Of a stretch of DNA of 64,000 nucleotides, positions 53,124-61,256 are shown piece by piece. The notes below the pieces were generated by a model. It was not told the DNA's origin. It saw only the letters and a list, made by a program, of their open reading frames with translations, and did no database searches. A program made the translations under genes and the position numbers. Location: assembly GCA_037305845.1 (NCBI GenBank), contig CP147778.1, forward strand, positions 32,001 to 96,000. Reading direction: 5' to 3'. Source of the DNA: Candidatus Freyarchaeum deiterrae (GTDB lineage Archaea; Asgardarchaeota; Jordiarchaeia; Jordiarchaeales; Jordiarchaeaceae). Positions within the stretch are counted from its first letter, which is position 1. Each line of letters opens with the position of its first letter.

Positions 53124-53404
53124 AGTTTCGCTGCCTCTGCTTCAGCCATGGCATCCTCTTTTGATGATGCTCTGATTGGTACCCCTTTTTCTCTCAGCTC
53201 TTTCTGGAGTTCGATTCTGGTTACTCCAAGTAATTCGGCAGCCTTGCTCAGGTTTATCTTCCCGTCAACGTAGGCTCCAATGATTATCGATTTGTATACT
53301 TCGGGGTTACTTCTCCGAAGTTCGCTGAGAAGCTTGTTTATAACTTCGGGCTGAACTTCACCGATTTTTTTTAACTCATCTAACATCCAAGTCATACGTC
53401 TCAA
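53111..53404 (-). CDS. UPF0175-family antitoxin
   Basis: YVDGKINLSKAAELLGV..IEL. Confidence 0.85.
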   Translation of the reverse strand: MRRMTWMLDELKKIGEVQPEVINKLLSELRRSNPEVYKSIIIGAYVDGKINLSKAAELLGVTRIELQKELREKGVPIRASSKEDAMAEAEAAKLWEK

Positions 53405-53547
53405 CTCGTAATCATTCTATGGTAATAGATTCGTTACATTTAAGGTTTCGTTTATTATGAAAAATTTTTGAGTGGAGCTCGTTTAGGGTGGGTTATGGTG
53501 GTTTTAGTATTTTCTGTGCTTTCTTCTCCATTAGTTTTTTGGCGTTG

Positions 53548-53612
53548 ATGACTGTTATTAATCGAGTTAAAGAGCGTTTGGAAGAGAATGATAATGTTGT
53601 CTTTGCCTATAG
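53548..53612 (+). pseudogene. 5' fragment of an MNT paralog of 11563-11955
   Basis: AAAGAGCGTTTGGAA.AGAATGATAATGTTGTCTT.GCCTAT shared with the 11563 gene. Confidence 0.7.
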
Positions 53613-53768
53613 CGTTCTCTTCAAACATGGGCAGGAACCTTTGGGAAAATGGACACGAGAAGCGTAGAAAAGGACGAATGCTTTATCTCTACGTTTTGTT
53701 TCATCGATAAGAGTATCTTTTTCTTTCCTTTTCGACTCGTGCTTTTCAGCTTTGCTCATGAGCATTTC
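53607..53768 (-). pseudogene. Thioredoxin-like fragment
   Basis: KAFVLFYAS followed out of frame by CPFSQRFLPMFEE. Confidence 0.4.
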
Positions 53769-53801
53769 ATCTTATTCTTCGTATACCAGTATTTGCAGTA
53801 G

Positions 53802-54016
53802 CTGACATACTCCCCTCCTTGAAAGGTTGGGGGTTCTGCACTTCTATGTTAGTGTTGTTAGAAGTGTGGGGTGTGTCACCGCCCGGTTAACGGCTTCCGC
53901 ACCCTCCTTCTTCTTTTTCGGGTGAGCAAGCCTTATTATTTTCTTTCCTCTTTTTTCGGTATTTAAATTCCCCGCAATTCATTCCTGCCCTTAAAGGGCC
54001 CGGGGCTTTCTTGCTA
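53802..54016 (-). mobile_element. Non-autonomous IS200/IS605-family mini-element
   Basis: Left-end-like GCAAGAAAGCCCCG..CCCTTTAAGGGCAGGAATGAATTGC and right-end-like GAACCCCAACCTTTCAAGGAGGGGAGTATGTCA hairpins; no ORF. Confidence 0.7.
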
Positions 54017-54050
54017 ATCATCTTTCTGTAATGGCGAGATCCAATATCGA

Positions 54051-54491
54051 TTATGTTATTCCAAGCTGTTTCATCATTCCGACTACATCGTAGAAAAGGC
54101 GTTCTTCCGTAATTTCACCGTTTTTCCAAGTGGCAACGGTGCAGAACTCAAGCTTAGCCGTTTTGTGGGTAGGCTGAACGACTCTTCCATCAGGTATTTT
54201 CATTGGTCCTATCATTGTGGCTGTCCAGTCAGCGACAGAACATGTGTAATTGCCATCGCCGAAAAGAATCTTGTAAGGATTATTAACGAGTTTATTATCG
54301 AAGGTTTTGAAGAATTCAACAGATTCTTTGTAATGTGCCTCTCGACCTCTTGTTGGCTCCGGCTGACCTGGCCAATAAACAGCAACGTTTGCCGCATAGC
54401 GTTTCTTGAATGTCTCCCAATCCTGATTGTTCCAAGCATCATCCAAAGTCATCATCAATTTCATGTTTCTCTTCACACTCATCCAAATCAC
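54051..54491 (-). CDS. SnoaL-like ester cyclase/NTF2 protein
   Basis: AWNNQDW, GPMK.PDG...PTHK, WKNGEITEE..YD..GMMKQLG. Confidence 0.88.
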   Translation of the reverse strand: MIWMSVKRNMKLMMTLDDAWNNQDWETFKKRYAANVAVYWPGQPEPTRGREAHYKESVEFFKTFDNKLVNNPYKILFGDGNYTCSVADWTATMIGPMKIPDGRVVQPTHKTAKLEFCTVATWKNGEITEERLFYDVVGMMKQLGIT

Positions 54492-54554
54492 CTTAACTTA
54501 GTTTGGGGCTACCTAGGGTAATAAGTTCTGCGAGGACTGCTGCTTCAATCTCAA

Positions 54555-54591
54555 CTTGCAAAAGAAGTTCCTCAGAAACGAGGATTGCATC
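54555..54591 (+). repeat. Solitary CRISPR repeat with conserved trailer
   Basis: CTTGCAAAAGAAGTTCCTCAGAAACGAGGATTGCATC; trailer is duplicated after 12532. Confidence 0.9.
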
Positions 54592-54692
54592 ATTATGGTT
54601 TACATGTCCATAGTGCGGATACATGAAGTCTATGAGATAATATTTTTATGCAGATATAAAGGTATGAAAATTCCTAGAGATATGATATGGTT

Positions 54693-55024
54693 TTATTGCT
54701 CCAGTATTTCCACTAGTTTACGGATGACTTCATTTGTTTTATCCGGCTTTAGGTGTCCTGCTCGATAAAGGGCGATACTGCGGTCAGCGGTGAAGATTCG
54801 ATTTGGTCGAATGTTGCTTTTCCTCTTGAGAGACCTGTTTCAAAATCTTGATTATTAATTGGGATCGCGTATTGATCACTCATGTTTTGACTGGTAATTT
54901 GACAGAGAATAAGGTCGTCTCCCGTCAATGTTGCCAGAATAAGAGCGGGGCGTCGTTTCGCCTGCGTCAAATCTGAGAAGGGGAAGGGAATAACAACTAC
55001 GTCACCTTTCACAAATTCTGCCAA
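54693..55024 (-). pseudogene. mazF: MazF/PemK toxin, frameshifted
   Basis: KGDVVVIPFPFSD...KRRPAL, CQITS; -1 shift near 54833, then SNIRPNRIFTAD. Confidence 0.85.
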
Positions 55025-55203
55025 GCTTCGTCCTCCTCTGGTAGAAGCCAGTCCTTCTTCAAAGAGGATTCACTCAGGATGGCGGCTTCAAATTTCTCAT
55101 GGGCTTTCTTATTTCTTAGGAATCTGATGAAGTCCAGTATTTCTTCCAGAAGAGCGTCTGGCATCTGTTCTATTTCTCTTTTGATCATTTCCTTGCTGTC
55201 CAT
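55009..55203 (-). CDS. DUF2281-like antitoxin
   Basis: LEEILDFIRFL, SESSLKKDWLLPEEDEAW. Confidence 0.85.
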   Translation of the reverse strand: MDSKEMIKREIEQMPDALLEEILDFIRFLRNKKAHEKFEAAILSESSLKKDWLLPEEDEAWQNL

Positions 55204-55375
55204 GTTTTAACCTTCCTTACCGATAGGACCTGATTCTTGTTCCCAAAATATGTGGTCCTATTAAGTTCTATACAATAAATCTTACTCAGGGAGTCGTGTC
55301 TTACCAAATCTTTTATCACGTCACAGGTATAAATTCCTATTGCAAGTTTTAGTGAAACTATAATTTTTGTAGGAA

Positions 55376-55548
55376 CTCGTAAAAACAGTTCATCAGAAAC
55401 AAATATTGGAAGTTTTGTGTATTTTATACAAACATTTAAATATTAATTTCTTACTAAAGGAGTTCCTCAGAAACGAGGATTGAAAGTTCTATATTGTCCT
55501 CTTAACTTTTTTTGAGCCTTAATTGCAAAAGAAGTTTCTCAGCAACTA
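55376..55548 (+). CRISPR. Degenerate mini-array (3 repeats)
   Basis: Repeats at 55376 (weak), 55450 and 55522 (partial) with 72-74 bp spacing. Confidence 0.75.
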
Positions 55549-55618
55549 GTTAAATATCAACCATTTTGCTCTCTTTTTAGCTCTAAGACATTAGAGTCTA
55601 ACAGAACTTGCTTTATCT

Positions 55619-55837
55619 CTAATCTTTTTTGGATGCAAATTCCTCGCCCGCCTTCTCAAGCTCATCGACGCTCTAGGGAATTTTAACTGAGCCCTTAAGT
55701 TTTAACGGGTCTGGGGGAGGGATCAACCTAATGGAGTCCTCTTTGAGAATAACGAAGAATTTAGTAGCTTTAATCTTAGACCTAATCTCAGCTGGAAGCG
55801 TTAGCCTTCCCCTTGAGCTTAACGTTACAATTGTCAT
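55619..55837 (-). pseudogene. Orphan AbrB antitoxin with internal TAG
   Basis: MTIVTLSSRGRLTLPAEIRSK...KIP*SVDELE. Confidence 0.75.
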
Positions 55838-56022
55838 ATGCCTCAAGAATTATGGGGTACAACCCCGAGATACATACAAGAGAAGTCGTTCTAACCCCTA
55901 GCGACGAACAAGCTCTGAGAAAGAAACGCAACTAATTTTGTCCCAATGGCGGGAAAGGTTTAACTATTATAGGTTTTTCTGTAGTAGACATAGGATAAAA
56001 CATGTTAGGTGGAGGTAGAAAA

Positions 56023-57138
56023 ATGTTGAAAATAGGTACAGTGGGTCCCACTTTTCCTCCTATAGAGCGTATCCCGGAGCAGGCTAAGAGACTTGAGGAG
56101 AGTGGATATGACTCCATATGGTTCCCAGACCATCTCATGGGATGGTATCCTCAGAGCATTTGGACTCCCGAAAATGCCGGTGCTTTAGCCAATTTAAGCC
56201 CCCATGTCTTCTTTGAAACAACTCTATCAATTGCTCTCGCCGCCTCAACAACGAGCAAACTCCTCATTGGTTCCAGTGTAACCGAGTCGATTAGGCATCC
56301 CCCCGCAATGCTCGCTCAGAGTTTTGCAACCCTGGAGCATATCACCAAGGGCAGATGCATACTTGGAATAGGGGCTGGAGAAAAAGAGAACGTAGAGCCC
56401 TACGGTTTAAAATATGAGAAGATAGTCAGCAGGCTTGAGGAGGCTTTACAGATTATCCGCCTCTGCTGGAACGCGGAAAGAGACGAACTCCTAAACTTTG
56501 ACGGAAAATTCTGGACTCTAAAAGACGCAGTGTTTGAACTACCACCATTTAAAAGCCGACCCCCGATATACATCGGTGGTGCGAGGCCGAGGATGGCTAA
56601 GCTTGTAGGAACATATGCCGACGGTTGGATACCCTTTAATATCAGCTTGGACGATTACAAAAATCGAATCTCGATAATCAAAGAAGCTGCAAAAAAGGCA
56701 GGCAGAAAATACGATAACATCACAAAGGGTATGTTTAAGAGCATAATAATCGACGACAGCGAAGACGAATGCATAAGGATAATGCAAACGCCACTAATCA
56801 AAGCCCGAACGCTTCTCGAACCCTCAGAAACATTCGAAAAGTGCGGCTACGAGCACCCGCTCGGAAAGAAATACTACGGTCTAACAGACTTCGTACCCTC
56901 AAGACTATCAAAAAAGGAAGCTCTAGACGCAATTGAAAAAGTCCCCCTAGAAGTTGTCCAAGAGAGTTATCTCTGGGGAACCCCCGAAGAGGTCATCGAG
57001 AAACTGAACCAGTATATCAAGTTAGGAATGAGCCACTGGATAGTGTGGAACGAAACATACTTCGGAGACGCAAGCAAAGTAAAAAGCTCCTACACATGTA
57101 TAGGAAAAGTGATGAAATACTTCAAAGAATCCCAATAA
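56023..57138 (+). CDS. LLM-class (luciferase-like) flavin/F420-dependent oxidoreductase
   Basis: GYDSIWFPDH, RHPP..LAQ..ATL, GR.ILGIGAG, PPIYIG, YADGW. Confidence 0.93.
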   Translation: MLKIGTVGPTFPPIERIPEQAKRLEESGYDSIWFPDHLMGWYPQSIWTPENAGALANLSPHVFFETTLSIALAASTTSKLLIGSSVTESIRHPPAMLAQSFATLEHITKGRCILGIGAGEKENVEPYGLKYEKIVSRLEEALQIIRLCWNAERDELLNFDGKFWTLKDAVFELPPFKSRPPIYIGGARPRMAKLVGTYADGWIPFNISLDDYKNRISIIKEAAKKAGRKYDNITKGMFKSIIIDDSEDECIRIMQTPLIKARTLLEPSETFEKCGYEHPLGKKYYGLTDFVPSRLSKKEALDAIEKVPLEVVQESYLWGTPEEVIEKLNQYIKLGMSHWIVWNETYFGDASKVKSSYTCIGKVMKYFKESQ

Positions 57139-57208
57139 AGAAAGACTCGCACTCCCTCTTTTTTAATTAAGGCAGATTCACAAAAGACCGTTTAATGGGA
57201 GGGATGTA

Positions 57209-57661
57209 ATGAAGACTCTCATCATTTATGAATCATACCATCATGGTAACACTAAAAAAGTGGCAGAAGCCATAGCCGGAATGCTAGATGCAAAGCTAGC
57301 AACCCCCAGTGAGGTGGATGTCAATGCTCTCGGAGAGTACGACCTCATCGGCTTCGGGTCGGGAATATATTATGGACGTTACCACGAAAATGTGCTTGCG
57401 CTCATCGACCGTTTGCCTTCAATGAATAAAAAAGCATTTCTATTCTGTACATGCGGTTTGGAGAGGGGCGAGCGCTATACGACGGGGATAAGCAATAAGC
57501 TGGAGAAGAAAGGATTTACTATCGTTGGAAAATTCTCGTGCGCCGGCTGGGATACCAGCCCCGCAGTGGCGTGGATGGGCGGCATTAAAAAAGGACGCCC
57601 CAACGAAGCCGACCTTGAAAAGGCGAAAGATTTCGCAAAAGGCCTGAAAGGCCAAACATAG
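57209..57661 (+). CDS. Flavodoxin family protein
   Basis: YESYHHGNTKKVA, IGFGSGIYYG, GRPN..DL..A. Confidence 0.93.
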   Translation: MKTLIIYESYHHGNTKKVAEAIAGMLDAKLATPSEVDVNALGEYDLIGFGSGIYYGRYHENVLALIDRLPSMNKKAFLFCTCGLERGERYTTGISNKLEKKGFTIVGKFSCAGWDTSPAVAWMGGIKKGRPNEADLEKAKDFAKGLKGQT

Positions 57662-57728
57662 GTTAAACCTTTTTTATCGTAAGTTAGGTTTTCTAGGCTG
57701 AGTGAGTCTAGTTGGGCATCCAACTATT

Positions 57729-57916
57729 AAGGCAAAAGAAGTTCCTCAGAAACGAGGATTGAAAGGTATTCACCAAAACTTATTTTGAGAGAACAAATGA
57801 CGCCTTGCAAAAGAAGTCCCGCATTAATGAGGATTGAAAGAAATTAGTGATTGAAGTCTTCCCCTTCACAATGTAATGTCTTGCTAAAGAAGTTCTCATG
57901 TAATGGAGGTTGAAAG
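57729..57916 (+). CRISPR. Degenerate mini-array (3 repeats)
   Basis: Repeats at 57729, 57804 and 57880 with 38-39 nt spacers. Confidence 0.88.
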
Positions 57917-58105
57917 GCGTTTTTCTTTGTGTTTGGTTTAATTCTTTACCCTTATCGCAAAAGTTACACGAAAACTCCTTTACTGTTATGGAACCGAGGA
58001 AATGGTAGAAGAATATTTAAGAAAAAGAGTTGAATGAGATTCCTGAGAGTCTATGAGTGGGAAATAGAAAGCTTCAAGAAATGAGGTAGAAGAGAAGGGT
58101 AAATC

Positions 58106-58414
58106 ATGGATAGAAAATTGGATCTTGACGGGATATTAAAGACTTTGAGGCGGGTTATGCCGACTTTAAGGGAAAAATATAAAGTCAAATCTATAGGTGT
58201 TTTTGGTTCCTATGTAAGGAAAAAGCAGAGAGAGAGCAGCGATCTGGATATTTTGGTGGAGTTTGAGGAAGGGGCAAAGTTAAGCTTACTGGATGTTGTC
58301 GGTTTGGAGATTGAGCTGAGCGACCTGCTGGGTGTTAAAGTTGATTTAGTGGAAAAGAAGAACCTAAAACCGCATATTGGACAGCACATATTGGGGGAGG
58401 TTGTCTATGTATGA
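58106..58414 (+). CDS. MNT antitoxin
   Basis: GVFGSYVR...SDLDILVEF. Confidence 0.93.
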   Translation: MDRKLDLDGILKTLRRVMPTLREKYKVKSIGVFGSYVRKKQRESSDLDILVEFEEGAKLSLLDVVGLEIELSDLLGVKVDLVEKKNLKPHIGQHILGEVVYV

Positions 58415-58755
58415 AAGAGGGAAGAGACTACCGAGACTTTCTCGTGGATATTTTGAATGCTATAGGAGACATTGACAATTTCGTCGAGGACTTGGATTTT
58501 GAATCTTTCGTAGACAATAAGGAAAAGCTTTATGCAACTGTTTATTGCTTGCAAATCATAGGCGAAGCTGTAAAGAATATCCCCGAGGAGATAAAGAAAA
58601 AATATAAAAAGATACCCTGGCGGGAAATAGCAGGGATGAGAGATAAGCTCACTCACGGATACTTTGTCGTTGATTTCGAAAGAGTTTGGGAAACCGTAAA
58701 ACGAGATTTGCCGCCTTTAAAGGAGATCATAAATAAGATTTCAAAAGAGATATGA
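58411..58755 (+). CDS. HEPN (DUF86) toxin
   Basis: IIGEA, IPW..IAGMRDKLTHGYF. Confidence 0.93.
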   Translation: MKEGRDYRDFLVDILNAIGDIDNFVEDLDFESFVDNKEKLYATVYCLQIIGEAVKNIPEEIKKKYKKIPWREIAGMRDKLTHGYFVVDFERVWETVKRDLPPLKEIINKISKEI

Positions 58756-58933
58756 ACTATGATCAAATTCGAGTAGGAAACTGACTCAAAAATTTTTTAG
58801 AAAAACAGAAAAAGAAATTATTAAACTTCTAGAAGCTGAAAACAGGTTTCCCAAAGTGTATCGTCTTTGAAAAATTTTAATACCTTTCTGACATGTTTCT
58901 AATTTACAGTTTTAAAGGTCGTTTGAATACCTT

Positions 58934-59299
58934 TTAACCATACCAATCTTCATCTACCGAAAACCGATAAAGGTCGTCCGATATTCCGGGAATTCTGTGT
59001 CTTTGACTCTGCGAAAGAGGGATTTTTCCCTCTTTAATTCTAACCTTCAAAGTCGGACCCGCCCTTTCAACTTCGATATGATAGTCGAAAATAGTGGTGA
59101 TTTCGGTTTCCGATTTGGGTGGTTCGGTAAACGACTTCAAATCATCAGGATTTTCAACTTCAATTTTTTTTAGGCTTCCGTAAAAACTGAGGATACTATA
59201 ATTTTTTGCTGGCTCAGATGGGTGGCTTAACCTAATATATAACGTGGCGTGAATTACTCCACGGTCTTTGCTCCAAATCAATCGATGCCCTTTGTCCAT
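58934..59299 (-). CDS. Hypothetical protein
   Basis: 121 aa ORF preceded by a GGTGAGGTGA SD-like sequence. Confidence 0.55.
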   Translation of the reverse strand: MDKGHRLIWSKDRGVIHATLYIRLSHPSEPAKNYSILSFYGSLKKIEVENPDDLKSFTEPPKSETEITTIFDYHIEVERAGPTLKVRIKEGKIPLSQSQRHRIPGISDDLYRFSVDEDWYG

Positions 59300-59576
59300 T
59301 TTATATTTTCACCTCACCTTTTCAATTCCTCTTTTATCGGGATTAGTGGTAAATTCAAAGATGCCAAAATCAAATATCAGTATAGCCCGACAATAATTTG
59401 TGAATCACCAGTAGATTATCATTCTCCTGTTTACTGGGTCTATTTGCTTTAAACTTTTTATTGTCTTCAACCTGCCGTTTTTTGACATGGCAACATAATT
59501 TTCCAAAAATTTAAGTATTACTAAGGTACTATAAAATTATCACAAAAATCAAAATTTTTTGAAGGGAAGGAGTTTT

Positions 59577-61130
59577 ATGAGCAAAATTATTGAACCTAAA
59601 AAAAAGATTGATGTATTAGAGGAAGCGGATGTTGTAGTTGTTGGTGGTGGACCTGCGGGCATAGGAGCCGCTTTAGCCTCTGGGCGAACCGGAGCCAAAA
59701 CTGTTCTAATAGAGCGGTTTGGTAGCTTGGGTGGGTTGCAAACGCAGGGCAATAATCCGATTTTCACGTTTGTTGATCCCGAGTTGCACGGTGGGATTAT
59801 ACAAGAAATTCTTACCCGTCTTGAGAATGGTGGAGCATTAAAAAATTTGGATGATTTGACTGGGCATGAGAGGGCCTTTCTTAAACCGGCTTTAATGTCT
59901 TTAGTCGGTGCAAAGAATTTGCCGAAACGTCTTGTTGATACAGATTGTGGCTATTGGGGGTGCTGGGGGTTAACCTTTGATATGGAGTACTACAAGTTTC
60001 TACTTGAGAATATGATGGAAGAAGCCGGCGTTAAGATACTATACCATGCTTTTGCAGCTGGTGCTATAAGGGAAGAGAATTCGCTTAAGGGTGTCATCCT
60101 TGAATCCAAGGAGGGTAGGAAGGCAGTTTTGGGGAAGGCTGTAATAGACTGTACTGGTGAGGGTGACATAGCGTGGAAATCTGGAGCTCCTTGCATGGGT
60201 GATGAGGGAGTCCCTATAGGGCCGCATAAAGGTTCCCCTGGCGGTAATCTGAATTCATTCTTTATTGGCGGAGTTGATATAGACAAATTTAATGAATTCA
60301 GGGAAACGGATCCCGAAGAATGGGGTCAAATGTATGTCGCCAGAAAGCTGATTAAGAAGTCGAAGGAGGAAGGAGCCTACATCAAAGGCGAAGCCGTTAT
60401 TCTTTCTTCAATCCAAGATGTCTATAATGCTGGTAGGATATATGTGATGAACGCAATTCACAAAGTGGCGGACGATAAAAAGAGCTGGATGACCGAAGAA
60501 ATAACCGACTGCGAAATAGATCTCAGGAAGCAAATGTGGGCCGTCTTCAAGATGCTCAAGGAAAACGTTCCAGGCTTTGAGAACTCCTTCATTGAGAGAA
60601 CGCCAAACAGTTATTGTGTCGGGATTGGACACCGAATTATAGGTGAATACGTCCTGAACGTAGGAGATATGCGTGCGGGCAGAGCTTTTGATGACTCTGT
60701 TGCCATAAACAACATGCCGCCGGACCTCTATGAAGCGGTTGGTAGGTTTTCCTTTGATGTACTTCCTCACGACATTCCGTATCGTTCTTTGATATCCAAA
60801 GAAATTGATAACCTTCTAGCTGCTGGTACGACAATGTCGTCCGGAGCCTTCGCTATCAGTGGGTTAAGGTACTGCACACCCAGCATCTGTGAGGGTCAAG
60901 CAGCGGGCACGGCAGCCGCTCTGGCCGCTGTAAACGATGTGAGCCCGAAAAAGCTGGACGTAAAATTATTACAGGATACTCTTCGTGAGCAAGGCGTGCG
61001 TGTTACCGTCAAAGAGGTATCAGAAGAAGCCCTCGAGCCCTATCGAGCAATAAAAAAGATGGGTCTTACATTTAAGAGAGGCGATGCGTCAACAATGGCT
61101 GCAACTGAAGAAGAAATAGGGAAGAATTAA
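59577..61130 (+). CDS. FAD-dependent oxidoreductase
   Basis: VVGGGPAG, IDCTGEGD, IPYRSL...NLLAAG, GQAAGTAAA. Confidence 0.92.
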   Translation: MSKIIEPKKKIDVLEEADVVVVGGGPAGIGAALASGRTGAKTVLIERFGSLGGLQTQGNNPIFTFVDPELHGGIIQEILTRLENGGALKNLDDLTGHERAFLKPALMSLVGAKNLPKRLVDTDCGYWGCWGLTFDMEYYKFLLENMMEEAGVKILYHAFAAGAIREENSLKGVILESKEGRKAVLGKAVIDCTGEGDIAWKSGAPCMGDEGVPIGPHKGSPGGNLNSFFIGGVDIDKFNEFRETDPEEWGQMYVARKLIKKSKEEGAYIKGEAVILSSIQDVYNAGRIYVMNAIHKVADDKKSWMTEEITDCEIDLRKQMWAVFKMLKENVPGFENSFIERTPNSYCVGIGHRIIGEYVLNVGDMRAGRAFDDSVAINNMPPDLYEAVGRFSFDVLPHDIPYRSLISKEIDNLLAAGTTMSSGAFAISGLRYCTPSICEGQAAGTAAALAAVNDVSPKKLDVKLLQDTLREQGVRVTVKEVSEEALEPYRAIKKMGLTFKRGDASTMAATEEEIGKN

Positions 61131-61256
61131 GCGAAGTAAATTTCCTCCACACGTCTCTAATACTTTTTCCCAAAAATTTCTTAAGATTATGCAATGCAGG
61201 AACAGATTCTGATCAGATTCTCAGGGATGAATGCTGTGCCCTTTCGAGGGCTGGAT

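Noticed and set aside
57766-57803. Partial same-register similarity to the array 2 spacer at 51823 (ACCAA..TTTGAGAGAA)
   Set aside because: About 18/28 identity in AT-rich sequence; insufficient
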